64,000 nt of DNA, taken from Octopus vulgaris. Taxonomy: Eukaryota. Below, one piece after another: positions 25,701 to 39,683 of the stretch (within the stretch, counting starts at the first letter, position 1; the number at the start of each line of letters is the position of its first letter). Location of the stretch: contig OX597815.1 in assembly GCA_951406725.2 (NCBI GenBank), positions 97,650,001-97,714,000 of the forward strand, written 5' to 3'. A model generated the notes under the pieces. That model was given only the letters and a program-made list of their open reading frames with translations, did not search any database and was not told the DNA's origin. Position numbers and translations under genes: made by a program.

Positions 25701-27806
25701 CAACTGTGACCTCAGGAATTACCTTCTTCCTAACAACATTCCATTTTTCAATACAACCCCAAAATAGCTGGCTGACATACCTTAAAGATAACGTGTATTT
25801 GTAGGTACTTATACATAACATATGAGAGAAAGAGACAATAGACACGGAGGAATTCAGTAACTGTTACAACTATACTGCCGATGACACCAGGTAAACGCAA
25901 AAAGTGAACGTGCTTCAATCGGCATACTAGCCGGTGTACACCAAGTCTAAAATAATTAGGTACTTATATATGTACGTACTGCGTGCATGCATCTCATTTG
26001 CAAGGTACTATTCAAACCAAGAATATGGTGGAAAACACTTTCCCAAAGCGTCATGCAGTGGAACTGATGACGAAGATAAACAGTTATTTATTGTTTTATA
26101 TCTTCAAGTATACTTCTCCTATTGGCTCAGTTCTGAATTCAAATCTTACATTCGGAATTCAAATATACATGCAATTTACTTTAGACCTAATCTGAGACAA
26201 ATAAGCATAATATACTAAAGAGGAATCTATCCAATCGTCTGTGCATCACATTTAATTATTTCATGTTGTACCTATGTTTGGCTTCCATATTTCATAATCG
26301 TGTGATTAAAGAATATAATAAATTGTGTGATTAAAGAATATGATAATTACAAGATGTAGTATATACCATTTGTTCCATACGCGTGTTTGGACATTGTAGC
26401 TGTTTACTTCCCCTTCAGTGGATTTACATATTGCATTTGGATTCAGATCCACAATGGTTTTTCATGATAACATTTTATTACATAATGTTGTTTACCATAT
26501 TCCTTTTGTCTATCATAACCATCAATACTACTAAATACAATATCATCCATACCACTTTGCATGAAGTGGAGTGGAAAATGATGTTCAATATGGAACATTT
26601 AAATTCACCAATAGCAGTAATACATCTAACTGTACACATAGGAAATACTGTATATATGCGTGCATGTGTGTATGCGTATGTGTGTGTATGTGTATGTGTA
26701 TGTGTAAGTGTGTGTGTCTATGTGTATGTATATGCATATGTGTAATGTGCGTTAATTTATATACAAAAACTCGTGAATTTTGCATTGTAATGTGGATTCT
26801 TCAGTCATTTAACTGACGTACCCCTCCAGAGAGAGTGGGAGTACATACTCGTCTATATGAGGATATCATTCGCTTTTCCCTCTAGCTTGCTTTTGATGTT
26901 GCAAAATAATTCTATAAAATATTTCCCATTGTTTCCAGTGATTTTCTGTCTCTCAAATGTTAGCTTCCATTTAAAAATTCTGCATTTTACTATGCAAATA
27001 AAATGCTTTCCATTTCACGTATAGAATATAAATTACAATTGAAATGCCAGTAGGTAAATCTATGTCGGAAAATGTTCTACTATTCCTTGAGGATTGGGGC
27101 GTATTTTTTTTCTTCTTGAAATCCATTGTTCTAAATTTGTCGTAATTGACATTTTCTATTCACTTCTATATTATTTCATATATTTTGCTGTGTAGCGTTT
27201 GGCATCAATCGTTTCTTTTTACTTATAGCCGTCGGTTGGACTCTGCATGTACAATGTTTCTTCTTTCAAAATGTTATAGATATAAAACTGTAATGGCTAC
27301 GTTATCAGTATGCTTGGATCGCAATAGCAGAATGATAGGCTTGCTCCTACGAGGCGCACATCTATCCAATGTTTTCTGCTATGATTTCAACTCGAATTCG
27401 AGAGTAACCTCTGTGGTACTTCACAGGCAATGTATGTAACTGCCTATCCGTCTGTCTATCTGTCTGTCTGCCTGCCAGCCTGCCTGTCTGTCTGTCTGCT
27501 TGTCTGTCTGTCCGTCTATCTATCTATCTATCTATCTATCTATATATATATATATATATATCCATCTATATGCTGCATGTGTGACAAAGGTATATCACCA
27601 ACTACATTTCCTTCATTACAACTCACACCTTGGTATCCTTTCCTTTCTTCGGTCATTTTAGCACACGGTGATCGTTTGAGACACATTTGTTCTTTTCTCT
27701 CGCCATGCTTTATATTCTCGTCGAGTCTTTCTGTAAAAGATCGTATGCTCGAAATGGAAAAGACTTTCCCTTTGATTTTTCCTGAGCGTAAAACTATAAT
27801 ACACTG

Positions 27807-27857
27807 TGTCTTTTTAGCTCGTCTGCGTATTATTTATAACTTTTGCACCATACGTAT

Positions 27858-27928
<71 letters not shown>

Positions 27929-28250
27929 CAGAATGGAGTAGGTAAGATCCGGGCTGCATAAGGTTCGCAGCGAGTGGACCTCAAAAGTGATAAAAATCCA
28001 AGGGAGGTGTATACCACCGGCTACTTTTCAGGGCAAGGATATCTTGATAAAATTAAAGGTTACATTGTTGCAAGGGGGTATATGTTGATGCACATATAGT
28101 ACAAAAGCTATAAACAATACGCAGACGAGCTATAAAGACATGCATGAAGAGTAGCCGATAGTATACACCTCGCTTGGATTTTTGCCACTTCTGAGGTTCC
28201 GCTCTCAATGAAAAACATGTAGCCCGGATCTTACCTACACCATTCCGTAA
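27807..28250. repeat. Interleaved double inverted repeat A-B-A'-B'
   Basis: A (27807-27861) is complementary to A' (28089-28140); B (27926-28030) is complementary to B' (28145-28250). Confidence 0.85.
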
Positions 28251-29253
28251 TTCTTGTATTTGTATTCGCACACCCAGTAACCCCATTCACCTACCGTGGA
28301 ATATGAAAGTAACTTATCCACAACCTTCCGCCTCAATAAACTACTATTGTCCCTGAAAGTTGTTTTTCTATATTTATTATGGATTGCTTGAAGTTAACTT
28401 TCTTTTACTTCCTACACCTCGATCCCTGGATCTTACATTTATACATAAAGATATTTTTAAATATATATATGTGTGTGTGTGTGTTTGTGTGTATTGAATA
28501 GTCAGGATCGTTAGATTGTTGGATACAAGGTTTCATGGTAATTATTCCAAATTTCCCTGTGCACACTTCTACTTCCGTGGCGTCACCATTGTTTGTCATA
28601 ATTTCTGGGTCGATAAACAGCGAACTCGCCAAGGACAGTGTTTTGGCAGAATTGTCAGAGTGTCTAACGTGAAGCTTTCATTTCTATACATTGTAGGTGC
28701 CAAACCTCTGCCAGCACTTTGAAATACCGGTCAAAACGTACTTTTTTTCCTCTTTGAGCTACAGAACAAACACGCACACACACATACAAGCACACACACA
28801 TATGTATATTGTGAAGATGCATTTACGATCGCCAGATCGTGATTTCGATTCCCTGACTGGGTGTAGCGTTGTTTTCTTGATCCAAACGTTTCATTTCATG
28901 TTGCTCTGCTAGCATTTCGTTTCTGACACGTGACATGTGCAGAACCATTACGCGTCGTCTAACGACTGGAATGTTCATTATGTATATATTGTGTAGGTAC
29001 TTAGGGTATTTCCCTTCTGTTTCTAAAAGGGAATTCCTTACATGTTTATTTAACATGTAAAACGTTGTAATTCCTATTAGCAAATGAAACTCCTGTAATG
29101 TTGAATAAATAGCACCAAAATTTTACAATTTCCATACGTGAATGTGTGTATGTGTGTGTGTGTTCGTGTGTGTGTGGTGTGTCTGTGTGTGTGTATGAGT
29201 TTGTGTGTGTGTATGCATGTAATAATTATTTTATATTATACATATTATATACA

Positions 29254-29431
29254 GGCGCAGGAGTGACTGTGTGGTAAGTAGCTTGCTTACCAACCACATG
29301 GTTCCAGATTCAGTTCCACTGCGTGACATCTTGGGCACGTGTCTTCTACTATTGCCTCGAGCCGACCAAAGCCTTGTGAGTGGATTTGGTAGACGGAAAC
29401 TGAAAGAAGCCTGTCGCATATATGTATATAA

Positions 29432-29506
<75 letters not shown>

Positions 29507-29706
29507 GTGTATCTGTGTTTGTTCCCCGAACATCGCTTGACAACCGATGCTGGTGTGTTTAGGCTCCCGTAACTTAGCGGTTCGGTAAAAGATACCGATA
29601 GAATAAGTATTAGGCTTACAAACAGTAAGTCGTGGGGTCGATTTGATTCGACTAAATGCGGTGCTCCAGCATGGCCGCAGTCAAATGACTGTAACAGTAA
29701 AAGAAT
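29254..29706 (+). mobile_element. tRNA-derived SINE, family A, full length
   Basis: ggcgcaggagtgactgtgtggtaagtagcttgcttaccaaccacatggttccagattcagttcc head, internal (TA)(TG) tract, tail ...gcatggccgcagtcaaatgactg...aaaagaata. Confidence 0.92.
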
Positions 29707-32700
29707 ATAAGAATATACACACATTTATGTACGTAAGCTACAGTAGCGAGATTTACTTTTAAAAGGCTTAAATAACATTCTTCTTTCTCTGTTTTATCGG
29801 TGCAGTTGACTTCTACAATTCACTCAATGTTTGCAGTCTTGTTTGTATTTAAGATTGAATTTAAATTTCCGTTACAATATGTGGTATTCTATCTCGCATG
29901 TATATAAGATTGATTGCTGTTTTTTTTTTCTTTCTGTGCTACTTTTTCGTTATGTGTTTTGTTTATTTGTTTCATTATCCTTTGTTATTTTTATTTGATT
30001 TTTTTTTTAAATATCGCATGATTCTAGAAACGGAGCTTTTAGTTTAACCTTGGAAGGAAATATTTGACTCACAAACAGCTTATTTTCTTTTTTTTATTTT
30101 TTTTTTCAAAAATCAACACTCAACAGGAAACTCCATAAATTCCATTTTGGGTAACTTTATTTCTATCATCAATAAGAACTACGCATGAAAGAACAATGAA
30201 ATTCTAACTCAAACATTTTACCATGGTTTTAAAATATAAATATATAGGCCTATATGACAATTATGAATAAAATGTTTTCCTCTTCCATTAGGAGAAATTT
30301 GCACAAGAGTAAGTTAACGTCAAATATATGTATTACTTGAAACATTCACTTTACATAAACTTCATGAACAAAGATTAATGTATTTAACGTTTATATTTGA
30401 TATCCAGAAAACTTTGACGTAAATATATACTTTATCAAACGAAAAATTGCCGTAAAATTTAATTGAAACGGCATTAAAACCTGTAGAAACCTGACCTTAA
30501 ACAAATGACAATCGGGATATGAAAAGCAGCTCCGCTTTGTTTAACAGAAATAAACCGATTGTCCTCGCTGTAAATGTACACATACCCAACTCACGTGCGG
30601 TAAACATTTAATCATTAAACAATAAACACAACAGAGAAAAGAGCGTGATTTGTAAGAACTTGATTTAGCCCGACCAGCAACATTACACTCTATCATTGAA
30701 AATATGCGAATAATATCACTCAAAAATACGGAAAAGTAAGATGGCGGTAGTTTGTAATTTTAAGCTGTGAAACAGTTTTGGAAGCCATTAGGTATTTTGA
30801 AAAATCAACAGTTATTATTAAACATGTCTAAATTAATGCGATTAAATCCGTAATTTGCATATGCCCTCCTTTAGATATAATTATACAAGTTTTCATTAAA
30901 CATACTATGATGAAAAAACAAATAAATATTAAATGATAAAAACAAACAAACGCTAAATGAAATCCCTTCAGTTTTGATTAGCTTGAAAATCCCAAAGTAA
31001 AAAAAAAAAGATTTTTGAACATATTAAATGAAAACTTTCATTTCTAAGAGTTATGATGTTATATACATATTAGGGGACATGTGCATTAGCAACATCGATT
31101 AATAAAGCTATGTTATCAAAAGTGAATCTATCTTAGATCATATTCAACTGTTGTTCTATTACACAGACCTAAATTATACCTAAATTATTAGTACCATGGA
31201 CCTTCCAATTCAATATACATACGGCCTAAAACATCTGCGTGGGAATCAACAAATATCAAATATTCTCAATTTCAAATGTCTTATAAATGGATAGTACATT
31301 GTTTGAAACAGGCCTATTTATATCTCATCATGTTTCAGCATATTTATATTTCAGTTATATGAAGAAAGCATTAGCCCTTGTGAAATGCCTTTAGGTTACT
31401 TATTCAAAAGTAAGAATATGCATTACGTAATCCTAGTGAGGAATACGAAACGATCATATTTAGAGTGTTTTTCTTTAACTGTATCAACAACCGGAAAGAC
31501 TTCATCGATGCATATTTCTTATACATTTTAGCACAGTTTTAATGATTTTCACAGTCTTATGGTACACATAGTAATAAGTACCAGTAACTGGTTCAGGTCA
31601 ATTAATTGAACAATATGTCCAAATTTGTTTTCTTCTCTTTAAATTAATCAATATTGGCTACTTCACTTAATCATTCTCATTGTTAATAATGGTTCAATCA
31701 GCGAGAATCTTGTAGATTGGTTTTGAAAAATAATCGAAACGATTACAGTCAATGATTTTCTTAATACATTACATTAAGAGGCATTACTATTCACTTGCAA
31801 TTATAGTGATTTCAAAGAAAAGATTTACGAAGAATAAGAAAAGGTAAAAAAAAACCCATTCAAACAAAAGCGATTACTTTGCATTCCTTCCCATCGATAC
31901 TGACCGGCATTATAGCAATTCTCGAAGTAACAATAAACGTTAATTTTTCGATAGTTAAAATTTGCCTCTCATTTCCTTTTTCTTTCGTTTCTTCCTTCAA
32001 GAAACTCTTTAGATGTTATGATCTTTGAAAACATTCAACCTTTGCCTCATTTCATAAGATTTTGCACCCTTTCTTCTCTGTAGTTTGTGTCAAGTTGCTC
32101 ATTTTGCATCCAGCTGTATTATTTCCCCATATTTCATTCTTGTTCCATCATTTTGATATTCACTTGTTTATTCTTCATACTTTAATATTTCAATGACATG
32201 GGCAACATCGGTAGAGCGTATGAAAAATATCTTGAGCTATTTGTTACGGTTCGTATCCTACAGTGGTCATTATTGCTTTTCATGTGTCTGTGATTCACTT
32301 AACAGAATATTGCAAAAGTTCTGGTGACCTGGTGTCAAAGTGGACAACTATTACTATTACGATGACACTGACAGGATCGGTAAGCCTTCTCACAAAATTC
32401 CATCTGTTATTTATTGGCAGCTCATTACGTTCTGAGCTCAATTGCAGCGAGGTCGACTTTATCATTCACTTTTCTAAGGTCGAAAAATATTGAACCAGTC
32501 AAGTAAAATGGTTGATATGATTGAAAGTCCCCGTCTTCCTCATTTAAGATCTAGCATTTCATCCTTCCCAGGTCGATGAAATGATGAACTAATCAAGTAC
32601 TAGAAAACTTTCATCCACTACTCATATACTCACAAATTTCCGAACCGGAGCCTGATTGGATTTTTTTTTACTTGTGTGAGAATGTTAGTAGAATTATTGA

Positions 32701-34269
32701 AGCGCTTGTAAATGCCTTACGGTATTTAGTTACATTTCTGTACATTCAGAATGCAGGTTCCACCAAATTTGACTTTGTTTTTCGTTATTCAGGTTTCGAT
32801 CGAATATACCTTTTTACTGGAATCGATAAAATCGATTATATTACTCCACACAACTGTGTAGAATTGAGTCAATGTTAGAAATAAATGTCTTTTTTACAAG
32901 GGTGGTAAGGCAGCCAAATTGGATTTAATTATTTCGGGGTCGATAAAAATGTACCAGTCGAGTATTTGGTGCATTTCTGACTTACAGTATGCACCGGTCG
33001 CATCCTGGATCTTTACCTGATTCAAAAGTGGGATGGGCTGCGTTTGTGTCAATTCTATGTGTATCTACATGCTATAATGCAATCCACGATTCTGAAGGAT
33101 TTATTAATACTGTGTAATTCAGAGAAATATTTCATTTATTTCTTTTTTATATATAATTTAACATCTTTAGAACCGAAGTGATTTTCTTACTTTCATAAGA
33201 TATGCTAGTGTTTTACGTTCTCAGGAGTTTCTTCATTCGAAAGGTGATAGAAATTCAGAGAGTGGAATGTTTGCTAATTTCATTGACATTGGTAATAACG
33301 TCTTGCTTTACGTTTAAGCTTAACGATTTTTGTAAATTGGATGTTAGTAATACCTGATTGCTTAAAAGCAGAAATGCATGCAAAAATATGACGTTTGAAG
33401 TGGGCCTAGTTTACTTTCGCTGACAACATGGAATTAATGAAAGTTCCTAATAATTGCTAAGTTGTTCCATATTGCACTACATAAAAGAAATTCAAGGAAT
33501 TTGAAGAAATAATTCTTAGCTGATAAATGATATGACAAAATATTGCTGCATGTAAGTATGACTTTGAAGTAACTTTATAGTTTATTATTTATCAATCTTA
33601 GACATAATTAGCTGCATTGGTTAAATTGCAACCAAAATAATAATAAAGAAAGAAGCCATGTCATACAAAATGTCACCTGCGACAGAAATATGAATTTTGT
33701 CAAAGAATTAATGTGACGCCGGGCGGAATGCTTTTCTACATTTTACGCGTCTTTGCCGCCTGAGTTCGACTTTCCCTTTCATTCTTTCTGAGTAGATAAA
33801 AAAAAGCTGTAGTTGAACTTTGGAGCCGATATAATCGACTTACGCCCTCCTCCTAAATTGCTGGCCTTGTGTCAAATTCATAACCTCAATTGATCTATAT
33901 GTCACGCTATAATATGTTAAACCCCAACATTTCCCATTAATTTAAAACAATGTAGCTTACTGGAGAAGAAATCACTTTGCCTTCTCACTCACAGTTTCTA
34001 ACGCAATGCAAAAACAAGCAATATCTTGAATGATATCTTTCAAAATTATTGAGATGTGTATGTACCCGATGACTTTATAATGATATTGAAATTGGGTATT
34101 TGTTGACGGAAAATATGAAAAACATGTGTTTAAAATTTTTTAATGCATACATCTATGTATATTTACATATAAAGTCAGTAAGTAAAAGCTAGATAAGCTC
34201 AATTGAGAGAACACGTAGTAGCGCTCGAGACTTTTTCGGGAGAGGCGTTTATTAATCGCAAAACAATAC

Positions 34270-34500
34270 AGTACTCTAACCTCCTTCAAAGTAGTATTGC
34301 TTAACCTCAATGCGTTTGTTGTAGCACTTCAGTCACTTCGTGAATGCCTCATGTCCTTGAAATTGAAGGTATCTAGGGCCTTTGCCACAGCCTTCATCTT
34401 TTCAATGTGTTCAAAACGACTGCCTCTGGGGACCTTTTTCAGCTTGGGAAGCGATCAAATGCTACAGGGAGTAAGGTCTGGATTCTGGGAAGAATGAGGG
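34270..34500 (-). mobile_element. Decayed mariner transposase C-terminal fragment
   Basis: Minus strand PHSSQNPDLTPCSI*SLPKLKKVPRGSRFEHIEKMKAV corresponds to a decayed YSPDLAPCDF.LFPKLK..LRG.RF motif. Confidence 0.7.
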
Positions 34501-34742
34501 ACTGTTTTGCTATATTTGTGTATCTACTACATCAGTACTTGACTGTGTTTGTATGTGTGTATATTGGTGTATATATGTATGTGTGTGCGCGCGCGTGTTT
34601 GTGTGTTCTTATTGTATGTAAATACGAAAGAAAGATATAGACTGAACATCGGAATGAAAGGAAGTGATAGATACCGTTTTTTGCATCTCGAACTCCTTGG
34701 AGGCTTCCCTTTATACTTTAACTTACCTTATATTTTTATTAT

Positions 34743-35116
34743 ATAGTGGTTGTATACTGTCAACTTAACGTGACAGTAAGGGAATTACACCACCGCTGTT
34801 TAGCCCTAGGAAGCATCGACGCTTCCTGTCCGCCTCGACACATTTCCTGTGTCCTTATATATTTACGAAGGGGAGACAAATACCCCCAACAGCTAGGCCT
34901 GCATCTAGAGACACGCATGTTTCAGGGTCTTTGCCCATCATCGGTCTAGAGTAGCAGAGGCCTGCTAGCTGAAGGGTATTTGTCTTCCCTTCGTAAATAT
35001 ATAAGGACACAGGAAATGTGTCGAGGCGGACAGGAAGCGTCGATGCTTCCTAGGGCTAAACAGCGGTGGTGTAATTCCCTTACTGTCACGTTAAGTTGAC
35101 AGTATACAACCACTAT
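34743..35116. repeat. Near-perfect inverted repeat with 143-bp arms (34743-34885 / 34974-35116) and an 88-nt structured spacer
   Basis: Arms compared base by base; only one mismatch seen, a G:T that forms a G-U wobble in the sense RNA. Confidence 0.97.
34904..34950 (-). ncRNA. Minimal type I hammerhead-ribozyme-like motif at the apex of the long hairpin
   Basis: Minus strand TCTAGA-CCGATGA-T-GGG caaaga CCC-T-GAAA-CATGCGTG-TC-TCTAGA. GUC triplet with predicted cut between 34910 and 34909; quasi-palindromic stem III; U4 replaced by C. Confidence 0.65.
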
Positions 35117-36379
35117 GTCGCTCCACCACCGTACATATCTCTATGAGATATTTAGAAATTTAATATTTCTGACTATATTTTTATTGTTTTCTATGATTTT
35201 CTTTTTCTCATTTTCCTTCGTACACTTTCGATGCTTCCAGTTGCCGTTCGTCTTTATTACAGATCTCCTGTAATAAATGATCTGATTTTTATAATCTTTA
35301 TTCGCAATCGAAAATTTTAGAAATACTACTCAAGTGCAGTATGTTAATCTTCAAATATAAGTCTTCTATCAGGGGAAAAACTACCTTCTGTTTATATTCA
35401 TTTGACCTAGCACTAAAGTACACTACGACTTAATTGTAATGACTAGTATGAAAACACGGAACTGGACTTATTCAGCAGAAGCCGTAGTATATTTATCTAA
35501 ATGGTTATTTTTTATCACCTCTTATGTATAATACTGCTATCGACATCCCAGACAGTGTGACTGATAGGATATTTTCATCTCTGAACGAAGAATAATGCGA
35601 AAGTTGATTTGCTCACTTTTCTAATGTATTTTATGTTACGTTTTTTTTATGGATAAACTGTTAACCTTTACTTAGCTCAAGAGATTCATCATAGCGCCAA
35701 GAAACTGCGAACGCTATATTTGTGTACACGTATACATATATATGCATATAAATATGTCTGTGTATATATATATATATATATATATGTTTGCGGACGTTTA
35801 CATGTATATGTGTACATATGTAAATGTATGTGTGTACATGTGTGTGTATGCACGTACATACATAAACGCACACATTTTGTGTCAGATTAATGAAAAGCAA
35901 CACAAAAAAAGTACAAGCCACTGAACAGCAGCATATATCAAAACGGATGGTTTCCCATTCCGTTTAAAGTGCCAAATTATTTCCGAACAAGATGCTCGAA
36001 GTTCGTGCAACGTTTACAAATGTGAGTATAATAATGAAAATGTAAATCTGTAACCCTGGCTTTCGGAAACCAACAAAAAGCAACCTAATCCTATGGGAAT
36101 ATATGATAAATGCTTTCAACAAGCGCAAGCCTAAATACGACATTTTTCTCTTTCTATTAGTCTGTCTCTCTCTCCCCCTCTCTCCCTCTGTCTTTCTCTC
36201 TCACTATCACTCACCGTCCCACTCTCTCATGCAGTGTTTCGAAAACAACTCAAACATGATACACATATAGATATGAAAACCTGAATACACACACAGACAT
36301 ACGAATATACGTATTTGTTTGTGTGTATTTAAATAAATGCATATAAATATATACGCTTGAGCGCACAGGCACTCATATA

Positions 36380-36432
<53 letters not shown>

Positions 36433-37951
36433 TTATTATATATATATATATATATATATATCTTCATGTGTATACATATATGTACTTATATATGTGTATA
36501 TACATATATGCATATATACATGCATGTAAATATGTGTGCGTGTATGATTAGAATACATCTATTTAAATCCACTGAATTAAAATATTTCAATTGATTAGAA
36601 AACATTATGTTCCTATCACATGATGTATGATATATTTTTTACCTTTTAACTATATTATCTCCATGCATTGAGTTCCGCAAACCAAAGCTTTAAACGATTT
36701 AACTAGTTCTGTTCCATGTTACTCTATGTTGATGACGCTTCGCTAAGGAAACTCAGTAAATTTGGAACATGTTCAGATATATATAACTTCAATAGCAAGG
36801 ACCCAACCTTTAATACCATAATTCATTCTTCGTTTATTTAACTTTTCCCACTTGTCACTTTTGTTTGAATTATATTCGTAAATACAAAGGAATTGTTTTC
36901 TCATTACTATTATTAATTCTACTTGTTTACAAAAATAGTTTTGGCACAACTTCAAATGCCGAGGACATTCTTGCGATAAGTTTCAGTCGTACTCTGATAT
37001 AACCATACATAAACTCGTATATATTCCATGTATATGCATCTATATGCATAATATATGTATATATGACTATGCTTTCCTATAAACAAAAACAGTAGAGCGA
37101 ACATAGTTTAGGATGTGTTAACGACTATACAATGACAGTGAAGATAATGCGTCATAGGAGTGAAGTATAGAATGCAAAATAGTGTGGTGGGCGCAGAATA
37201 TGTGTAGCATACTGTAAACCAGAAGAGGCTAAACTAGAGATAAAGTAAGCACACACTAGATATTGATCAATTTTTGAGGAAATCAGTATTTTTCTCTTCA
37301 TGGAAAGCAGGAATGTATCAAATTCCAGTAGAGCATTAATGCTTTACTGCAGCATACAGTGTTACTATTTGAAAATAATTTCTAATCCATATCGTTTTCT
37401 TTTTGAAAAATTAGATTTTTCCGTAGTTGTGGCCCTAATCAATTTTAATTCAATCAAATTCTTCTATAAATACTTCTCATAGTTTCAGTTTGTGTTTTAA
37501 TGGTTGCAGCGTGTTTTATACCATTGTACATTGGTTTATTTCGAATAAACAGAGGGCTCATATAGTCAAGAAAATTCCTATATGATTGAATTGAATAGAA
37601 GTTTATTACTGGTACTTTATTCGTTTCTTAAGTTATAGATGTATGAATAATAAACATACAGTACGGTGACTAATATTATGCATGTGTTTATGGCTTTAGC
37701 AGAATTAATAGCGTAGCGACTATGTGCTTTTTCACTAAGTGCTGGGGAAATGGAAGATAGTAAAACGGAATCATGGGATGAAGATTACCAATGTATCACA
37801 TTATCACCTGATTGAATTTTTGGTCTGAATGCATCTAACTGCTAAACTTTCTGCCAAGAGCCAAACAATATTTGTAACGGCTCTTCTGTAAGTCACCTAG
37901 AAGTCTCACGCAAATAAAATAGAAATACACTAAATATATACTTTAAATATA

Positions 37952-39041
37952 CAGGGGTTATACAAAATAATGGAAACAACTTAAAATTTCAAACAAATTT
38001 ATTTTAATATGGGGTAGGATTGCCTTTGGTAGTAGTTACAGCTTGAATTCTACGAGGTATGGACTAGTACAAAGTTTGAATTGTTTCCAAAGGAATTTTT
38101 GTTCATTCTTCAGCTAAAACAGTCACCCCTTCTTGTAGTGATGAAGCTGGAGGATATCGACTCCTTACTTGTTTTTCTAAAATGCACCATACATATTCCA
38201 TAGTCTTGGCTATTCATTCTGCCATGAAGGGAAACCACTGGGCCGACGGAATTCCAAGATATAACCCCCAACCCACCCCCGATCATCACAGATCCTCCTC
38301 CATGTTTAACAGTTGGAAGAAGATAGTCTGGGTGCAATGCTTCTTTTGGTTGCCTCTGCCCATATACTCGGCCAGTGGTCGGAAATTAGGCAACGGATGA
38401 GTCGTCCAAGAAAATAACACTTTCCCACAGCTGTAGGGACCAATTCTGTAGATTTTTACTCCACTTTAAACGCTTTGCAACGTTTGCTTTTGAACGTGGT
38501 GGTTTTCTGATTGCTGCCCTACCGGGAAATCCGGCTTTCTGCAGCGCCCGGCGAGCAGATTTTGTGGAAACTGTTTTCTCGCGGTAGTCATTGAGCTCCG
38601 CAGTAATTTTGGGAGCTATATTTTTGTGATCCTTTCTGAAAATTCTCGTAAGAGTCCGACAGTCCCTATCTGAAAATCGTGGTTTTCTTCCGGAGTCTTG
38701 TTTCGACAAGGAGGTTTTCTCTCTTTCTCAAAGGCTGTCATTACTTTCGAGACAGTACTTCTTGGTGCACCAAATATTTCGGCTGTTTTCGTTACGCAAG
38801 CGCTGGCCATAAGAGCACAAACAATTTGACCTCTTTGAAAGTCCGACAGATCTCTCATTTTTATGAATTTTAATTACCTTTTTTCTGATGATATCTGAAA
38901 AGAAACAGCAATTTTATCAAAACATATTAAGCAACATTAATGATGAATCAAAAACCATAAAAATAAACAAGCTTTTGGCGGCTTTATAGATATTTGAAAA
39001 TTATGATGCAAGGTGATTCCATTATTTTTGTCCAACTCCTG
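37952..39041 (-). mobile_element. Tc1-like DNA transposon, near full length, with a frameshifted and partly deleted transposase
   Basis: TIRs TA|caggggttatacaaaataatggaa and ttccattatttttgtccaactcctg. Split ORFs MRDLSDFQRGQIV..., SGRKPRFSDRDCRTL...W..VIFLDDS and PTVKHGGGSVMI. Confidence 0.93.
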
Positions 39042-39650
39042 TGTGTAAACTATATATAGAATAGTAATCGAGGCTCAAAACAGTGAATATACTGTCTATT
39101 ACAGCATGGCAATTTGCATATATACATACAGATACACACACACACACACACAAACATATATATATATATATAATAAATGGAAGAATTATTTATAGTTTTT
39201 AAAAGTATTCTCATTGACAAATATTGTCAATGCTACGTCAGTATGATAAAATGGAGCGATATATTCTAAGCGTATACAATTGTATCACTTGATTAAGATA
39301 TGGAAGACAGTTGCAAAAACTTGTCTATCAAATCATTCCGTTTTTAAATTGCCCCATTATTGAATTCTTCCTTTTTCTCCCCTTGTTTTTCTTTCAATAC
39401 AAGGATAGACATACTGGACGCCTAAAAGTCGAAATTTTCATTTTGCTATAACGTAACGAAAACTTAAAGACATGTTGAAGATAAGCAAGAGCATGAACCG
39501 CCAATTAAAAGTTCGGTTCTTTCGCATTCACTCTTACTACTAAACCCCAAAATATATACTCTGTTCTGCTGATGTATTGAGTAGTATATTTTTGGTCATG
39601 TAAATTTATATACTCACACACACATACACACACACATACTTTCACTCATT

Positions 39651-39683
<33 letters not shown>

